Source: a virus (taxonomy: Duplodnaviria > Heunggongvirae > Uroviricota > Caudoviricetes). From it: a stretch of 15,748 bases of DNA. The notes beneath the pieces are model-generated. The model searched no databases. It was not told where the DNA came from and was given only the letters and a program-made list of their open reading frames with translations. Location: the IMG/VR virus record IMGVR_UViG_2651869748_000011, one strand, 5' to 3'. Made by a program: the position numbers and the translations under genes. Shown here piece by piece: positions 1 to 9,436 of this stretch (position 1 is the first letter of the stretch; each line of letters opens with the position of its first letter).

Positions 1-246
1 TCAGTATTTCCCCGATACCTTGTGTGCAAATTGCATCAGATAGTTGATAGCCTTTTGTTTGTCGTTCTGGCTGAGTTCGTGCTTACCACAGAATACAGCC
101 ATTCCGAATCCGGCTTGTGATTGCGCCATCCCCATAGCAGCCATCACATCAGTACCGGAAAGAGAGTCAGAAGCCGTAGCCCGTGGTGAGTCGCTCATCA
201 TCGGGCTTTTTGGCGAATGAAATTTAGCTACGCTTTCGAGTCTCAT
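1..246 (-). CDS. Q: Late-gene antiterminator Q (lambda type), N-terminal 81 codons only; the ORF closes with TGA at window positions 1-3
   Basis: Translation [31 protein letters not shown]...KVSGKY matches the lambda Q N-terminus as recalled; ATG at 246-244 overlaps the ninI stop. Lambda Q is about 207 aa, so this copy appears truncated. Confidence 0.85.
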   Translation of the reverse strand: MRLESVAKFHSPKSPMMSDSPRATASDSLSGTDVMAAMGMAQSQAGFGMAVFCGKHELSQNDKQKAINYLMQFAHKVSGKY

Positions 247-908
247 GCGCCTTCTCCCTGTACCTGAATCAATGTGAGGTTTCCGCAGAACACTGCGCCG
301 GTATCGATATACATCTGGTTGGCAAACTTGAGTGGTTTCACTGCTGGCGTATGACCAAAGATGAACGTGTCCGCACCTTTGATTTCTTTCACGATCCCGT
401 CTTGTGAGTTGCTGATTCGTTCGCGGTTCCAGATTACCTGCTGATGATCAACTGGTTTTCCAAACTCGTATTCGTCACAAGGATAATCGGCGTGGCAGAT
501 GACATATTTTTTATCTTTGCTCACCAGTTCGATGATTAACGGAAGTTCATCTGCTTTATGGGCAAGAGCTTTAGCCAGAATTTCTTTGTCGTAATCGAGA
601 TTAAAGAACCATCCACCGCCATTAAGCAGCCAGTGATTAACGTTTCCACGCTCTGATAAGCCATCAATCATCATTTGCTCATGGTTTCCACGTACAGCTC
701 TGAACCAGGGGAATGTGATTAATTCCAGGCATTCGACGTTCTCTGCACCACGATCAACCAAATCGCCCACCGAGATAAGCAGGTCTTTTTTGTTGTCGAA
801 TCCAATCGTATCCAGTTTGTTCATCAGGTTCGTGTAGCATCCGTGCAGATCGCCAACTACCCAAATATTTCGGTATTTGCTGCCATCAATTTTTTCGTAA
901 TAGCGCAT
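243..908 (-). CDS. ninI: Ser/Thr protein phosphatase (lambda PPase, NinI), 221 aa
   Basis: Starts [25 protein letters not shown]; metallophosphatase motifs GDLHG, GDLVDRG, GNHE; near-identical to recalled lambda PPase. Start set at the internal ATG (906-908) rather than the upstream end of the ORF. Confidence 0.93.
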   Translation of the reverse strand: MRYYEKIDGSKYRNIWVVGDLHGCYTNLMNKLDTIGFDNKKDLLISVGDLVDRGAENVECLELITFPWFRAVRGNHEQMMIDGLSERGNVNHWLLNGGGWFFNLDYDKEILAKALAHKADELPLIIELVSKDKKYVICHADYPCDEYEFGKPVDHQQVIWNRERISNSQDGIVKEIKGADTFIFGHTPAVKPLKFANQMYIDTGAVFCGNLTLIQVQGEGA

Positions 909-1092
909 CTCTTTCACTCCATCCGCGATGAACCATAAGAACATCGTTGACGATGGCGTGCATTTTCCCGTCTTTATCATCAACGTATTTTCTGACCGTA
1001 CCGCGACTACATTTCAGTCTGCGTGCTACTTCTGTCTGGTTTCCGTATGCTTCAACGAGCATGTCTGGAATGGTTTTTACTGAGAACGTCAT
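886..1092 (-). CDS. ninH: NinH (lambda orf68)
   Basis: 68-aa [39 protein letters not shown]...; position between ninG and ninI follows lambda nin order; HTH-like segment. Confidence 0.85.
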   Translation of the reverse strand: MTFSVKTIPDMLVEAYGNQTEVARRLKCSRGTVRKYVDDKDGKMHAIVNDVLMVHRGWSERDALLRKN

Positions 1093-1700
1093 GCGGCCTC
1101 ACTTCTGCTATTTCGCAGGTCTTTGAGTTTCTGTTGGTACTCTGCCTTGATCGCCTTGCACTCTTCGACAGTCCAGCGATGGCGGCTATGGTTTGATTCG
1201 ATTTCGTCTACTGCTTCCTGCCCGATGCGGTTAATCAGTTCGACGCGATACGGAACGAGATTTCCGCTTTTGTGCTGGTTGCACACCACGCATTGCTTGT
1301 GAATATTGCGTTCATCAAATCGGAGTTGAGGTGCCGCAGCAGTTGTCCGGTAATGTCCGGCATCCCACTGAGCAGACGTGAGCGTTCCGCACGAGATACA
1401 TGGTAAGTCGCGGTCTCTTTCTCTGATGAAGGCGTTTACAGCTTGTTGGGCTTGTTTAATCCAGTAACTGCGGGGCTTTAAGGCGAGTTTTCGAATCTTC
1501 AGTTTATCTTTCTGTTTCTGCTCCTCTCGTCGTCGTTTCTTCTCTGCTGCTTTTTCCGCTTTTTCGCGTTCTTTGCTTCGTCGTTCCAGTGCTATCTTTG
1601 TTCCACACTCTGGAGAGCACCACCACTGATTAGCGAATGCAGGGTGAAACCATTCCCGACATTCTTCGTTTTTACATCGTCTTCGCGCTTGTTTAGCCAT
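1089..1700 (-). CDS. ninG: NinG / Rap recombination protein (lambda orf204)
   Basis: 203 aa, [33 protein letters not shown]...; Cys-rich Zn-binding N-terminus; matches lambda NinG as recalled; start overlaps upstream stop. Confidence 0.9.
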   Translation of the reverse strand: MAKQARRRCKNEECREWFHPAFANQWWCSPECGTKIALERRSKEREKAEKAAEKKRRREEQKQKDKLKIRKLALKPRSYWIKQAQQAVNAFIRERDRDLPCISCGTLTSAQWDAGHYRTTAAAPQLRFDERNIHKQCVVCNQHKSGNLVPYRVELINRIGQEAVDEIESNHSRHRWTVEECKAIKAEYQQKLKDLRNSRSEAA

Positions 1701-1969
1701 TATGGTTCGCTCCAGTAATTCTCAATTGCAGCAGCCATTCTCTGCATCCACTCTGCCAGCTTTAACGCGGCTTCTCTTTCAGAACCACATTTAGGGAAAT
1801 CCTTCATTTCCATGCTGGCCTTATATGTTCTGAATGCCAGGTCTCCGGTAATAACCAGCTCCTGATCAAGCACCGAGCGTTTATTCCGGTGTTGAACGTA
1901 ATAGACAGATTCAGTCCGCATTTCTTCTCTGTCTTTTTTGAAGGAAATAAGCTCAGAGAAATCACTCAT
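1700..1969 (-). CDS. Hypothetical 89-aa protein between ninF and ninG (not present in lambda at this position)
   Basis: ATG at 1969-1967 overlaps the ninF stop (ATGAGTGA); stop overlaps the ninG ATG, so it is translationally coupled within the nin operon. No family recognised. Confidence 0.6.
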   Translation of the reverse strand: MSDFSELISFKKDREEMRTESVYYVQHRNKRSVLDQELVITGDLAFRTYKASMEMKDFPKCGSEREAALKLAEWMQRMAAAIENYWSEP

Positions 1970-2138
1970 CGTCTTCTTCCTCGTACATTGAGCTATTCGG
2001 ATCGCTCATCAGTTCTGCGCAGCAGTGCTCACACACATGAACTTCCAGCACATGCAGCTTCTGACCGCAGTTAGCGCACGTTAAAGCCCGCTCGACGCTT
2101 TCTTTCTGGTATTGAAGAGATTGGGATGGGCTAAGCAT
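1962..2138 (-). CDS. ninF: NinF (58 aa)
   Basis: Not in the ORF track (under 60 aa). Reverse-complement of 1962-2138 translates to [58 protein letters not shown], matching lambda NinF as recalled; CxxC...CxxC Zn-ribbon. Confidence 0.85.
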   Translation of the reverse strand: MLSPSQSLQYQKESVERALTCANCGQKLHVLEVHVCEHCCAELMSDPNSSMYEEEDDE

Positions 2139-2490
2139 TATTGGCGTCCTGCATCATGAGAAAGACAATCATGGCGGCGCGGAGGGAATTTTCATGTATA
2201 GCTAGCTTAGATTTACAGTCGGCCACACCACGTGCACCCCACTCGTCTTCATCGAGATTGATGATGCTAATCCTGTACTTCTCAATAATCGGCCATGAGG
2301 CGCTAGGATCATTGCAGTAGTCAGGCAAAGGGTTTAATGGCTCAAAAGTTGTATCAGCATTTCCGTAATACCATTTGTTGGTGTTATTCCCTGATGTTTC
2401 CGGTTTACATGCCCAAAGGCCTTTAAAAATTATGTCTCCTACCATTCTGTTAATTTCAAAATCACTTAACTGTGAATAATCCATTGTCAT
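2131..2490 (-). CDS. Hypothetical nin-region protein, possibly NinX-like (119 aa), lying between ninE and ninF
   Basis: ORF 2131-2526 begins at a GTG inside ninE; the more likely start is the ATG at 2490-2488, which overlaps the ninE TGA (ATGA). The ninE-X-ninF position matches P22/HK97-type nin regions. Family assignment is tentative. Confidence 0.55.
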   Translation of the reverse strand: MTMDYSQLSDFEINRMVGDIIFKGLWACKPETSGNNTNKWYYGNADTTFEPLNPLPDYCNDPSASWPIIEKYRISIINLDEDEWGARGVADCKSKLAIHENSLRAAMIVFLMMQDANNA

Positions 2491-2663
2491 TTCCTCGCAC
2501 GATGTCTTAGCCACCGGATATCCCACAGGTGAGCCGTGTAATTGAAGGTTTTTACGTCAGATTCTTTTGGGATTGGCTTGCGTTTATTTCTGGAGCGTTT
2601 CGTTGGAAGGTATTTGCAGTTTTCGCAGATGATGTCGGTGATACTTCGTCGCTGTCGTCTCAT
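2487..2663 (-). CDS. ninE: NinE (58 aa)
   Basis: [58 protein letters not shown] matches lambda NinE as recalled; ATG at 2663 overlaps the methyltransferase stop. Confidence 0.88.
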   Translation of the reverse strand: MRRQRRSITDIICENCKYLPTKRSRNKRKPIPKESDVKTFNYTAHLWDIRWLRHRARK

Positions 2664-3187
2664 GCCGCCCTCCTGACGCCCTGCCCGATCGCCATCAATG
2701 CCGCTTTGGATACGGTAGTAAACATCCGTCGAGGACTGATGAACGGTCGCCAAATCAGCAGCATGGAACCTTTGCTGTTTCCCTTCTTCTCCAGCCCTGT
2801 CGATGGTTCGATAAAATTAATCCGTCCATCAGTGATAATACGAACTTCGTCAACACTCTCCAGAGCCTTGCTGAACCATCCGACAGACATATCCTCTGGC
2901 ACAAGCATCACTACCGTCTGTCGCTGTTGTATGCACTGCTCAGCGGCTTTTTCCACCCACGGCCTGATATTGCTGTACGGTGGGTTATTCCAGATTGCAC
3001 CGTGGCTTACCCACTCAGAATTGAGCGCGTCGTCGGCCTCAGTTAACCAGTGAGCGCACAGAGCATTTTTGTCGCTCGCTGCCGAATCCAGCCAGAATCC
3101 AAACTCAATATCCAGTGCATCAAAAAGCCAAAGCGGCGTTTGCCAGCAGTCCTTGTCGTGTGCTGGCGTATTTGATTTGATAGTCAT
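2660..3187 (-). CDS. Phage DNA N6-adenine methyltransferase (Dam-like orphan MTase) occupying the ninC/ninD slot
   Basis: [31 protein letters not shown]...; NPPY catalytic motif (AIWNNPPYS) typical of N6-adenine MTases; ATG at 3187 overlaps the ninB stop (ATGA). Confidence 0.8.
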   Translation of the reverse strand: MTIKSNTPAHDKDCWQTPLWLFDALDIEFGFWLDSAASDKNALCAHWLTEADDALNSEWVSHGAIWNNPPYSNIRPWVEKAAEQCIQQRQTVVMLVPEDMSVGWFSKALESVDEVRIITDGRINFIEPSTGLEKKGNSKGSMLLIWRPFISPRRMFTTVSKAALMAIGQGVRRAA

Positions 3188-3624
3188 GCAGCCCGATCTC
3201 CCCATCTCGCTTTCCACTCCAGAGCCAGTCTCGCTTCGTCTGACCACTTAACGCCACGCTCTGTACCGAATGCCTGTATAAGCTCTAATAGCTCCGCAAA
3301 TTCGCCTACACGCATCCTGCTGGTTGACTGGCCTATTACCACAAAGCCATTCCCGGCAAGGTTAGGAACAACATCCTGCTGCTTTAATGCTGCGGTAAAC
3401 ACACACTTCCAGCTTTCTGCATCCAGCCAGCGACCATGCCATTCAACCTGACGAGAGACGTCACCTAAGCAGGCCCATAGCTTCCTATTTTGGTCTAAGC
3501 TGCGGTTGCGTTCCTGAATGGTTACTACGATTGGTTTGGTTGGGTCTGGAAGGATTTGCTGTACTGCGTGAATAGCGTTTTGCTGATGTGCTGGAGATCG
3601 AATTTCAAAGGTTAGTTTTTTCAT
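3184..3624 (-). CDS. ninB: NinB recombination protein (lambda orf146)
   Basis: From MKKLTFEIRSPAHQQNAIHAVQQILPDPTKPIVVTIQERNRSLDQNRKLWACLGDV... 146 aa matching lambda NinB as recalled; strong SD (GGAGAGGGAAG) upstream of the ATG at 3624. Confidence 0.92.
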   Translation of the reverse strand: MKKLTFEIRSPAHQQNAIHAVQQILPDPTKPIVVTIQERNRSLDQNRKLWACLGDVSRQVEWHGRWLDAESWKCVFTAALKQQDVVPNLAGNGFVVIGQSTSRMRVGEFAELLELIQAFGTERGVKWSDEARLALEWKARWGDRAA

Positions 3625-3639
3625 GACTTCCCTCTCCCC

Positions 3640-3672
3640 CAAATAAAAAGGCCTGCGATTACCAGCAGGCCT
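3640..3672 (-). terminator. tR2-like rho-independent terminator between ren and ninB
   Basis: On the minus strand: AGGCCTGC-(8-nt loop)-GCAGGCCT followed by TTTTTATTTG; 8-bp GC-rich stem plus U-tract; matches the lambda tR2 position. Confidence 0.8.
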
Positions 3673-3697
3673 GTTATTAGCTCAGTAATGTAGATGG

Positions 3698-3988
3698 TCA
3701 TCTTTTAACTCCATATACCGCCAATACCCGTTTCATCGCGGCACTCTGGCGACACTCCTTAAAAATCAGGTTCGTGCTCATCTTTCCTTCCCGTTCTTCC
3801 CTGGTAGCAAACCGGTAATACACCGTTCGCCAGACCTTACCTTCGATAACCAGAAGACCTGCCCGTGCCATTTTAGCCGCGGCCTGATTTATGCTGGTTA
3901 CTGTTGCGCCTGTTAGCGCGGCAACGTCCGGCGCACAGAAGCTATTATGCGTCCCCAGGTAATGAATAATTGCCTCTTTGCCCGTCAT
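3698..3988 (-). CDS. ren: Ren (Rex-exclusion escape protein), 96 aa
   Basis: MTGKEAIIHYLGTHNSFCAPDVAALTGATVTSINQAAAKMARAGLLVIEGKVWRTVYY... matches lambda Ren; ATG overlaps the P stop. Confidence 0.92.
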   Translation of the reverse strand: MTGKEAIIHYLGTHNSFCAPDVAALTGATVTSINQAAAKMARAGLLVIEGKVWRTVYYRFATREEREGKMSTNLIFKECRQSAAMKRVLAVYGVKR

Positions 3989-4686
3989 ACACTTGCTCCT
4001 TTCAGTCCGAACTTAGCTTTAATTTCTGCGATCTTCGCCAGAGCCTGTGCACGATTTAGAGGTCTACCGCCCATAACAGGAAGTTGTTTTACTGGTTCAG
4101 GTATCGTCTCACCACGGTTAATTCGCGCTGTCATACAGGTCAGTTCATCGGCAGCCTTGCGCCGTAATTCCGCATCAGTAAGCGCATTGGCCCGCATGTT
4201 CTGATACAGGTTGGTAACCAGCCAGTAGTGCGCGTTTGATTTCCACGGATAAGACTCCGCATCCGGATACAGGCCTCGCTTCCGGCAATACTCGTAAACC
4301 ATATCAACCAGCTCGCTGACGTTTGGCAGTCCGGCGATAACGGATGCTTCTTCCCGGCACCATGCAACAAACTGCCCGGGTGATGGCAGAAATGGTCGAT
4401 TCTGCCGACGGGCTACGCGCATTCCTGCGTTAACCTGTTCCATCGTGGTGATCCCGTTTTCCCGAAAAGCCAGAACCCACTGGCGACGGATTTCGTTCAC
4501 TTCGTTCTGGTCACGGTTAGCCAGGCTCGCCGGGAAAGTTGCCAGTAACTGGCTGAACACACCGTTGATGATCTGCGCTACCTGCTGTACCTGCGGCTTT
4601 TCGTCGTACTGTTCCGGCATGTTGTTGGCGATCCGACGCATCTGCTCACGGTCAAAGTTAACCATCTGTGCGGCGATGTTTTTCAT
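3985..4686 (-). CDS. P: Replication protein P (DnaB helicase loader), 233 aa
   Basis: MKNIAAQMVNFDREQMRRIANNMPEQYDEKPQVQQVAQIINGVFSQLLATF... matches lambda P; start overlaps the O stop. Confidence 0.95.
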   Translation of the reverse strand: MKNIAAQMVNFDREQMRRIANNMPEQYDEKPQVQQVAQIINGVFSQLLATFPASLANRDQNEVNEIRRQWVLAFRENGITTMEQVNAGMRVARRQNRPFLPSPGQFVAWCREEASVIAGLPNVSELVDMVYEYCRKRGLYPDAESYPWKSNAHYWLVTNLYQNMRANALTDAELRRKAADELTCMTARINRGETIPEPVKQLPVMGGRPLNRAQALAKIAEIKAKFGLKGASV

Positions 4687-5582
4687 AGATCCACCCCGTA
4701 AATCCAGTCTGTGTTTGTCAGGTCGAGTTTTGGTTTGCTGGCTGTCACGACTGCCTGTTGCTTGTTACGGTTGATTTCGAGCTGGGTCCACTTGTCGCGG
4801 AGTTTGGCCGGACTAAGCACGTTACCGGACCAGAAGTTGTCCTGGCATGCCCAGCGGAACAGCACGCACATGTCGCGGTGGTTACGTCCGTCACGTTCAC
4901 GCATCAGGCGGATATCGTTAGCCCACCCTGCAAAATTCGGTTTTCTGGCTGATGGCGCGATGGTCTTCACCATGTCAAACATCCACTCTGCGGCGGTCAG
5001 GTCTTCTGCTGTCCCCCACTTGCTGCCGCTCTGAATTGCAGCATCCGGTTTCACCACAGAAAGATCGTTTTCTGGCTGGTCAGAGGATTCGCCAGAATTC
5101 TCTGACGAATAATCTTTTCTTTTTTCTTTTGTAATAGTGTCTTTTGTGTCCCTCTGTTTTGAGGGATAGCAATCCCCCAATTTGAGGGATGTTTTATCCC
5201 TCGTTTTAGGGGATTTTCCCTCGTTTTGAGGGATACACCATTCTGAGATGTTTTTATTTGGTCCAAACATGCCGCCTTGCTGCTTGATAATATTCATTCT
5301 GACGAGTTCTAACTTGGCTTCATTGCACCGTTTGACGGGTAACTTTGTAATCTCGCTAAGTTGAGAATCGGTGACTCTGTCCATTGGTTTATTCCACCCA
5401 TAGGTTTTACGCAGAATGGCAAGCAGCACTTTAAACTGTCGCTTGGTCAGATCTGCGCCCGAATAAGCCTCAAGCAGCATATTTGATAGTCTGGCGTAAC
5501 CATCATCGAGATCTGCCACATTACGCTCCTGTCCGGCAAAGTTACCTCTGCCGAAGTTGAGTATTTTTGCTGTATTTGTCAT
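4683..5582 (-). CDS. O: Replication initiator O, 299 aa
   Basis: MTNTAKILNFGRGNFAGQERNVADLDDGYARLSNMLLEAYSGADLTKRQFKVLLAILRKTYGWNKPMD... matches lambda O; the origin iterons lie inside the coding sequence. Confidence 0.95.
   Translation of the reverse strand: MTNTAKILNFGRGNFAGQERNVADLDDGYARLSNMLLEAYSGADLTKRQFKVLLAILRKTYGWNKPMDRVTDSQLSEITKLPVKRCNEAKLELVRMNIIKQQGGMFGPNKNISEWCIPQNEGKSPKTRDKTSLKLGDCYPSKQRDTKDTITKEKRKDYSSENSGESSDQPENDLSVVKPDAAIQSGSKWGTAEDLTAAEWMFDMVKTIAPSARKPNFAGWANDIRLMRERDGRNHRDMCVLFRWACQDNFWSGNVLSPAKLRDKWTQLEINRNKQQAVVTASKPKLDLTNTDWIYGVDL
5100..5233. other. ori-lambda: four iterons plus adjacent AT-rich region, inside O
   Basis: Four ~18-bp inverted-symmetry repeats of the type TCCCTCnnTTTGAGGGA at about 5149-5166, 5173-5189, 5197-5213 and 5217-5233; AT-rich tract at about 5100-5148 (cttttcttttttcttttgtaatagtg). 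Confidence 0.9.
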
Positions 5583-5592
5583 AATGACTCCT

Positions 5593-5669
5593 GTTGATAG
5601 ATCCAGTAATGACCTCAGAACTCCATCTGGATTTGTTCAGAACGCTCGGTTGCCGCCGGGCGTTTTTTA
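5593..5669 (+). ncRNA. oop: oop antisense RNA (~77 nt), overlapping the cII 3' end
   Basis: Plus-strand terminator CGCUCGG-UUGCCG-CCGGGCG followed by UUUUUU at 5643-5668, antisense to the cII 3' end. The 5' end is inferred from the lambda arrangement (start about 10 nt ahead of the O ATG), not seen directly. Confidence 0.65.
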
Positions 5670-5908
5670 TTGGTGAGAATCGCAGCAACTTGTCGCGCCA
5701 ATCGAGCCATGTCGTCGTCAACGACCCCCCATTCAAGAACAGCAAGCAGCATTGAGAACTTTGGAATCCAGTCCCTCTTCCACCTGCTGATCTGCGACTT
5801 ATCAACGCCCACAGCTTCCGCTGTCTTCTCAGTTCCAAGCATTGCGATTTTGTTAAGCAACGCACTCTCGATTCGTAGAGCCTCGTTGCGTTTGTTTGCA
5901 CGAACCAT
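5615..5908 (-). CDS. cII: Transcriptional activator cII, 97 aa
   Basis: MVRANKRNEALRIESALLNKIAMLGTEKTAEAVGVDKSQISRWKRDWIPKFSMLLAVLEWGVVDDDMARLARQVAAILTNKKRPAATERSEQIQMEF matches lambda cII; start taken at the ATG at 5908. Confidence 0.95.
   Translation of the reverse strand: MVRANKRNEALRIESALLNKIAMLGTEKTAEAVGVDKSQISRWKRDWIPKFSMLLAVLEWGVVDDDMARLARQVAAILTNKKRPAATERSEQIQMEF
5886..5899 (+). promoter_or_regulatory. cII-binding site of PRE (TTGC-N6-TTGC), directing plus-strand transcription toward cI
   Basis: ttgcgtttgtttgc on the plus strand just inside the cII 5' end, as in the lambda PRE -35 region. Confidence 0.7.
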
Positions 5909-5987
5909 ATGTAAGTATTTCCTTAGATAACAATTGATTGAATGTATGCAAATAAATGCATACACCATAGGTGTGGTTTAATTTGAT

Positions 5988-6019
5988 GCCCTTTTTCAGG
6001 GCTGGGATGTGTAAGAGCG
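5988..6019 (-). promoter_or_regulatory. nutR (boxA CGCTCTTAC, boxB GCCCTGAAAAAGGGC), with the tR1 region downstream toward cII
   Basis: Minus-strand sequence cgctcttacacatcccagccctgaaaaagggcatcaaa; boxB hairpin at 5988-6002, boxA at 6011-6019; palindrome TATGCAAATAAATGCATA at about 5944-5961 in the tR1 region. Confidence 0.85.
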
Positions 6020-6027
6020 GGAATATC

Positions 6028-7383
<1,356 letters not shown>

Positions 7384-7433
7384 TCCCCACCTCAATCTCG
7401 ATAACCAAAAAACAAACTATTTTCCGTTTAAAA

Positions 7434-7502
7434 ACAATGGAGTTTGTTTTTCATGCCCCTTTTTTACAATATTTCTTGTTTACAACATACAATCTTTCTT
7501 GT
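7434..7502. promoter_or_regulatory. 434-type left operator region (OL) and PL promoter upstream of nutL and N
   Basis: 14-bp ACAA-N6-TTGT sites: ACAATATTTCTTGT (7466-7479), ACAATCTTTCTTGT (7489-7502), and a weaker candidate ACAATGGAGTTTGT (7434-7447). Confidence 0.65.
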
Positions 7503-7548
7503 AATTTTAAGCCATCAGCAGGACGCACTGACCACCATTGAAGGTGAT

Positions 7549-7578
7549 GCTCTTAAAAATTAAGCCCTGAAGAAGGGC
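7549..7578 (+). promoter_or_regulatory. nutL (boxA GCTCTTAA, boxB GCCCTGAAGAAGGGC)
   Basis: Plus-strand sequence gctcttaaaaattaagccctgaagaagggcagcattcaaagcag matches lambda nutL as recalled. Confidence 0.88.
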
Positions 7579-7736
7579 AGCATTCAAAGCAGAAGGCTTT
7601 GGGGTGTGTGATACGAAACGAAGCATTGGCCGGAAGTGCGAATCCGGATTAGCTGCAAATGAGCCAATCGTGGGGTGTTTTCGTTCAGGACTACGACTCA
7701 CACACACCACCAAAGCTAACTGACAAGAGAATCCAG

Positions 7737-8060
7737 ATGGATGCACAAACACGCCGCCGCGAACGTCGCGCAGAGAAACAGGCTCAATGGAAAGTAGCAA
7801 ATCCCCTGTTGGTTGGGGTAAGCGCAAAACCAGTTAACCGCCCTATTCTCTCGCTGAATCGCAAACCGAAATCACGAGTAGAAAGCGCACTGAATCCGAT
7901 AGACCTTACAGTGCTGGCTGAATACCACGAACAGATTGAAAGCAACCTGCAACGTATTGAGCGCAAGAATCAGCGCACATGGTACAGCAAGCCTGGCGAA
8001 CGCGGCATAACATGCAGTGGACGCCAGAAAATTAAGGGAAAATCGATTCCTCTTACCTAG
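7737..8060 (+). CDS. N: Antiterminator N, lambda type (107 aa)
   Basis: MDAQTRRRERRAEKQAQWKVANPLLVGVSAKPVNRPILSLNRKPKSRVESALNPIDLTVLAEYH... arginine-rich motif; matches lambda N; the longer 7659 start in the ORF track is disfavoured. Confidence 0.93.
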   Translation: MDAQTRRRERRAEKQAQWKVANPLLVGVSAKPVNRPILSLNRKPKSRVESALNPIDLTVLAEYHEQIESNLQRIERKNQRTWYSKPGERGITCSGRQKIKGKSIPLT

Positions 8061-8615
8061 TTACTTAGATATTGGCCTTGGCTTTATCTCAATATTATAT
8101 GGATCATAGCTGGCAACTAATTCAGTCCAGTAAATATCCTCAATAGGGAATAATATATGCTTCCCGTTCCATCGGGAAAAAGTTTTGTTCAACACACCAA
8201 GCTCAATCAACTCACTAATGTATGGGAATTGTTTTGATGTAACCACATACTTCCTGCCTTCATTAAGGGCTGCGCACAAAACCATAGATTGCTCTTCTGT
8301 AAGGTTTTGAATTACCGATCGCACTTTATCGTTTTGCATCTTAATGCGTTTTCTTAGCTTAAATCGCTTATATTTGGCGCTGGCAATAGCTGATAATCGA
8401 TGCACATTAATTGCTAGCGAAAATGCAAGAGCAAAGACGAAAACATGCCACACATGAGGAATACCGATTCTCTCATTAACATATTCAGGCCAGTTATCTG
8501 GGCTTAAAAGCAGAAGTCCAACCCAGATAACGATCATATACATGGTTCTCTCCAGAGGTTCATTACTGAACACTCGTCCGAGAATAACGAGTGGATCCAT
8601 TTCTATACTCATCAA
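8061..8615 (-). CDS. sieB: Superinfection exclusion protein SieB (membrane protein), 184 aa
   Basis: Abuts N tail-to-tail as in lambda; hydrophobic segments MYMIVIWVGLLLLSP and HVWHVFVFALAFSLAI; matches lambda SieB as recalled. Confidence 0.82.
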   Translation of the reverse strand: MMSIEMDPLVILGRVFSNEPLERTMYMIVIWVGLLLLSPDNWPEYVNERIGIPHVWHVFVFALAFSLAINVHRLSAIASAKYKRFKLRKRIKMQNDKVRSVIQNLTEEQSMVLCAALNEGRKYVVTSKQFPYISELIELGVLNKTFSRWNGKHILFPIEDIYWTELVASYDPYNIEIKPRPISK

Positions 8616-8739
8616 ACTGTAGGGGTTGTAATAGTTTATCCGATTTCTCGCTGTAGGGGTACACGAGAACCACCGAGCCTGATGTGGTTAAAAGACAGGC
8701 ACAATCTTTACTACCGCAATCCACTATTTAAGGTGATAT

Positions 8740-8826
8740 ATGGAAGAAGAATTTGAAGAGTTCGAAGAGCATCCGCAGGATGTAATGGAACAGTACCAGG
8801 ACTATCCGTATGACTACGACTATTGA
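8740..8826 (+). CDS. Small acidic 28-aa ORF upstream of, and overlapping, ral; doubtful gene
   Basis: MEEEFEEFEEHPQDVMEQYQDYPYDYDY; ATG preceded by AAGGTGA; not in the ORF track because of its size. Confidence 0.3.
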   Translation: MEEEFEEFEEHPQDVMEQYQDYPYDYDY

Positions 8827-8989
8827 TAAGAATCAATGGTGTGGACAATTCAAGCGATGCAATGGATGCAAGCTGCAATCGGAATGCATGGTTAAGCCTG
8901 AAGAAATGTTTCCTGTAATAGAAGATGGGAAATATGTCGATAAATGGGCAATACGAACGACGGCAATGATTGCCAGAGAACTTGGTTAA
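8810..8989 (+). CDS. ral: Ral (restriction-alleviation protein) with a premature in-frame TAA; 59 aa here versus about 66 aa in lambda
   Basis: MTTTIDKNQWCGQFKRCNGCKLQSECMVKPEEMFPV.EDGKYVDKWAIRTTAMIARELG then TAA; the same frame continues as QNNKAA-TGA (stop at 9008-9010), matching the lambda Ral C-terminus as recalled. Confidence 0.75.
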   Translation: MTTTIDKNQWCGQFKRCNGCKLQSECMVKPEEMFPVIEDGKYVDKWAIRTTAMIARELG

Positions 8990-9109
8990 CAGAACAACAA
9001 AGCTGCCTGATAGTGGCCTTTATTTTTGGCATAAATAACAGAATAAACACTGCACTGAACCGCCCCGGGAATCCTGGAGACTAAACTCCCTGAGAAAGAG
9101 GTAAACAGG

Positions 9110-9436
9110 ATGACTAAAAATACTCGTTTTTCCCCTGAAGTCCGTCAACGGGCAGCCCGTATGGTTCTGGAAAGTCAGGGCGAATATGACTCACAATGGG
9201 CGACAATTTGTTCCATTGCTCCAAAGATTGGCTGTACGCCGGAGACTCTGCGTGTCTGGGTTCGCCAGCATGAGCGGGATACCGGGGGCGGTGATGGAGG
9301 GCTCACCACCGCTGAACGTCAGCGTCTGAAAGAGCTGGAGCGTGAAAATCGTGAACTGCGCCGCAGTAACGATATCCTTCGCCAGGCTTCCGCTTATTTT
9401 GCGAAGGCGGAGTTCGACCGCCTCTGGAAAAAATAA
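9110..9436 (+). CDS. IS3-family transposase OrfA (HTH/leucine-zipper part)
   Basis: [60 protein letters not shown]...; A6 run at the orfA/orfB overlap is the likely programmed -1 frameshift window. Confidence 0.9.
   Translation: MTKNTRFSPEVRQRAARMVLESQGEYDSQWATICSIAPKIGCTPETLRVWVRQHERDTGGGDGGLTTAERQRLKELERENRELRRSNDILRQASAYFAKAEFDRLWKK

Noticed and set aside
2529-3053. 174-aa plus-strand ORF antisense to the methyltransferase and ninE
   Set aside because: Shadow ORF fully inside well-supported minus-strand genes; no RBS; low-complexity Ser-rich translation.
4445-5134. Several plus-strand ORFs (107-109 aa and smaller) inside O and P
   Set aside because: Antisense to conserved O and P coding sequence; Cys/Arg-rich translations typical of shadow frames.
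7409-7450. Hairpin AAAACAAACT-(22 nt)-AGTTTGTTTT followed by a T-run, a possible terminator after the cI-adjacent gene
   Set aside because: The stem is entirely A/T with a long loop and overlaps a candidate OL operator half-site; cannot separate terminator from operator palindrome by eye.
7507-7827. 106-aa minus-strand ORF across nutL and the N start
   Set aside because: Overlaps a conserved regulatory site and the N gene on the opposite strand; no support.
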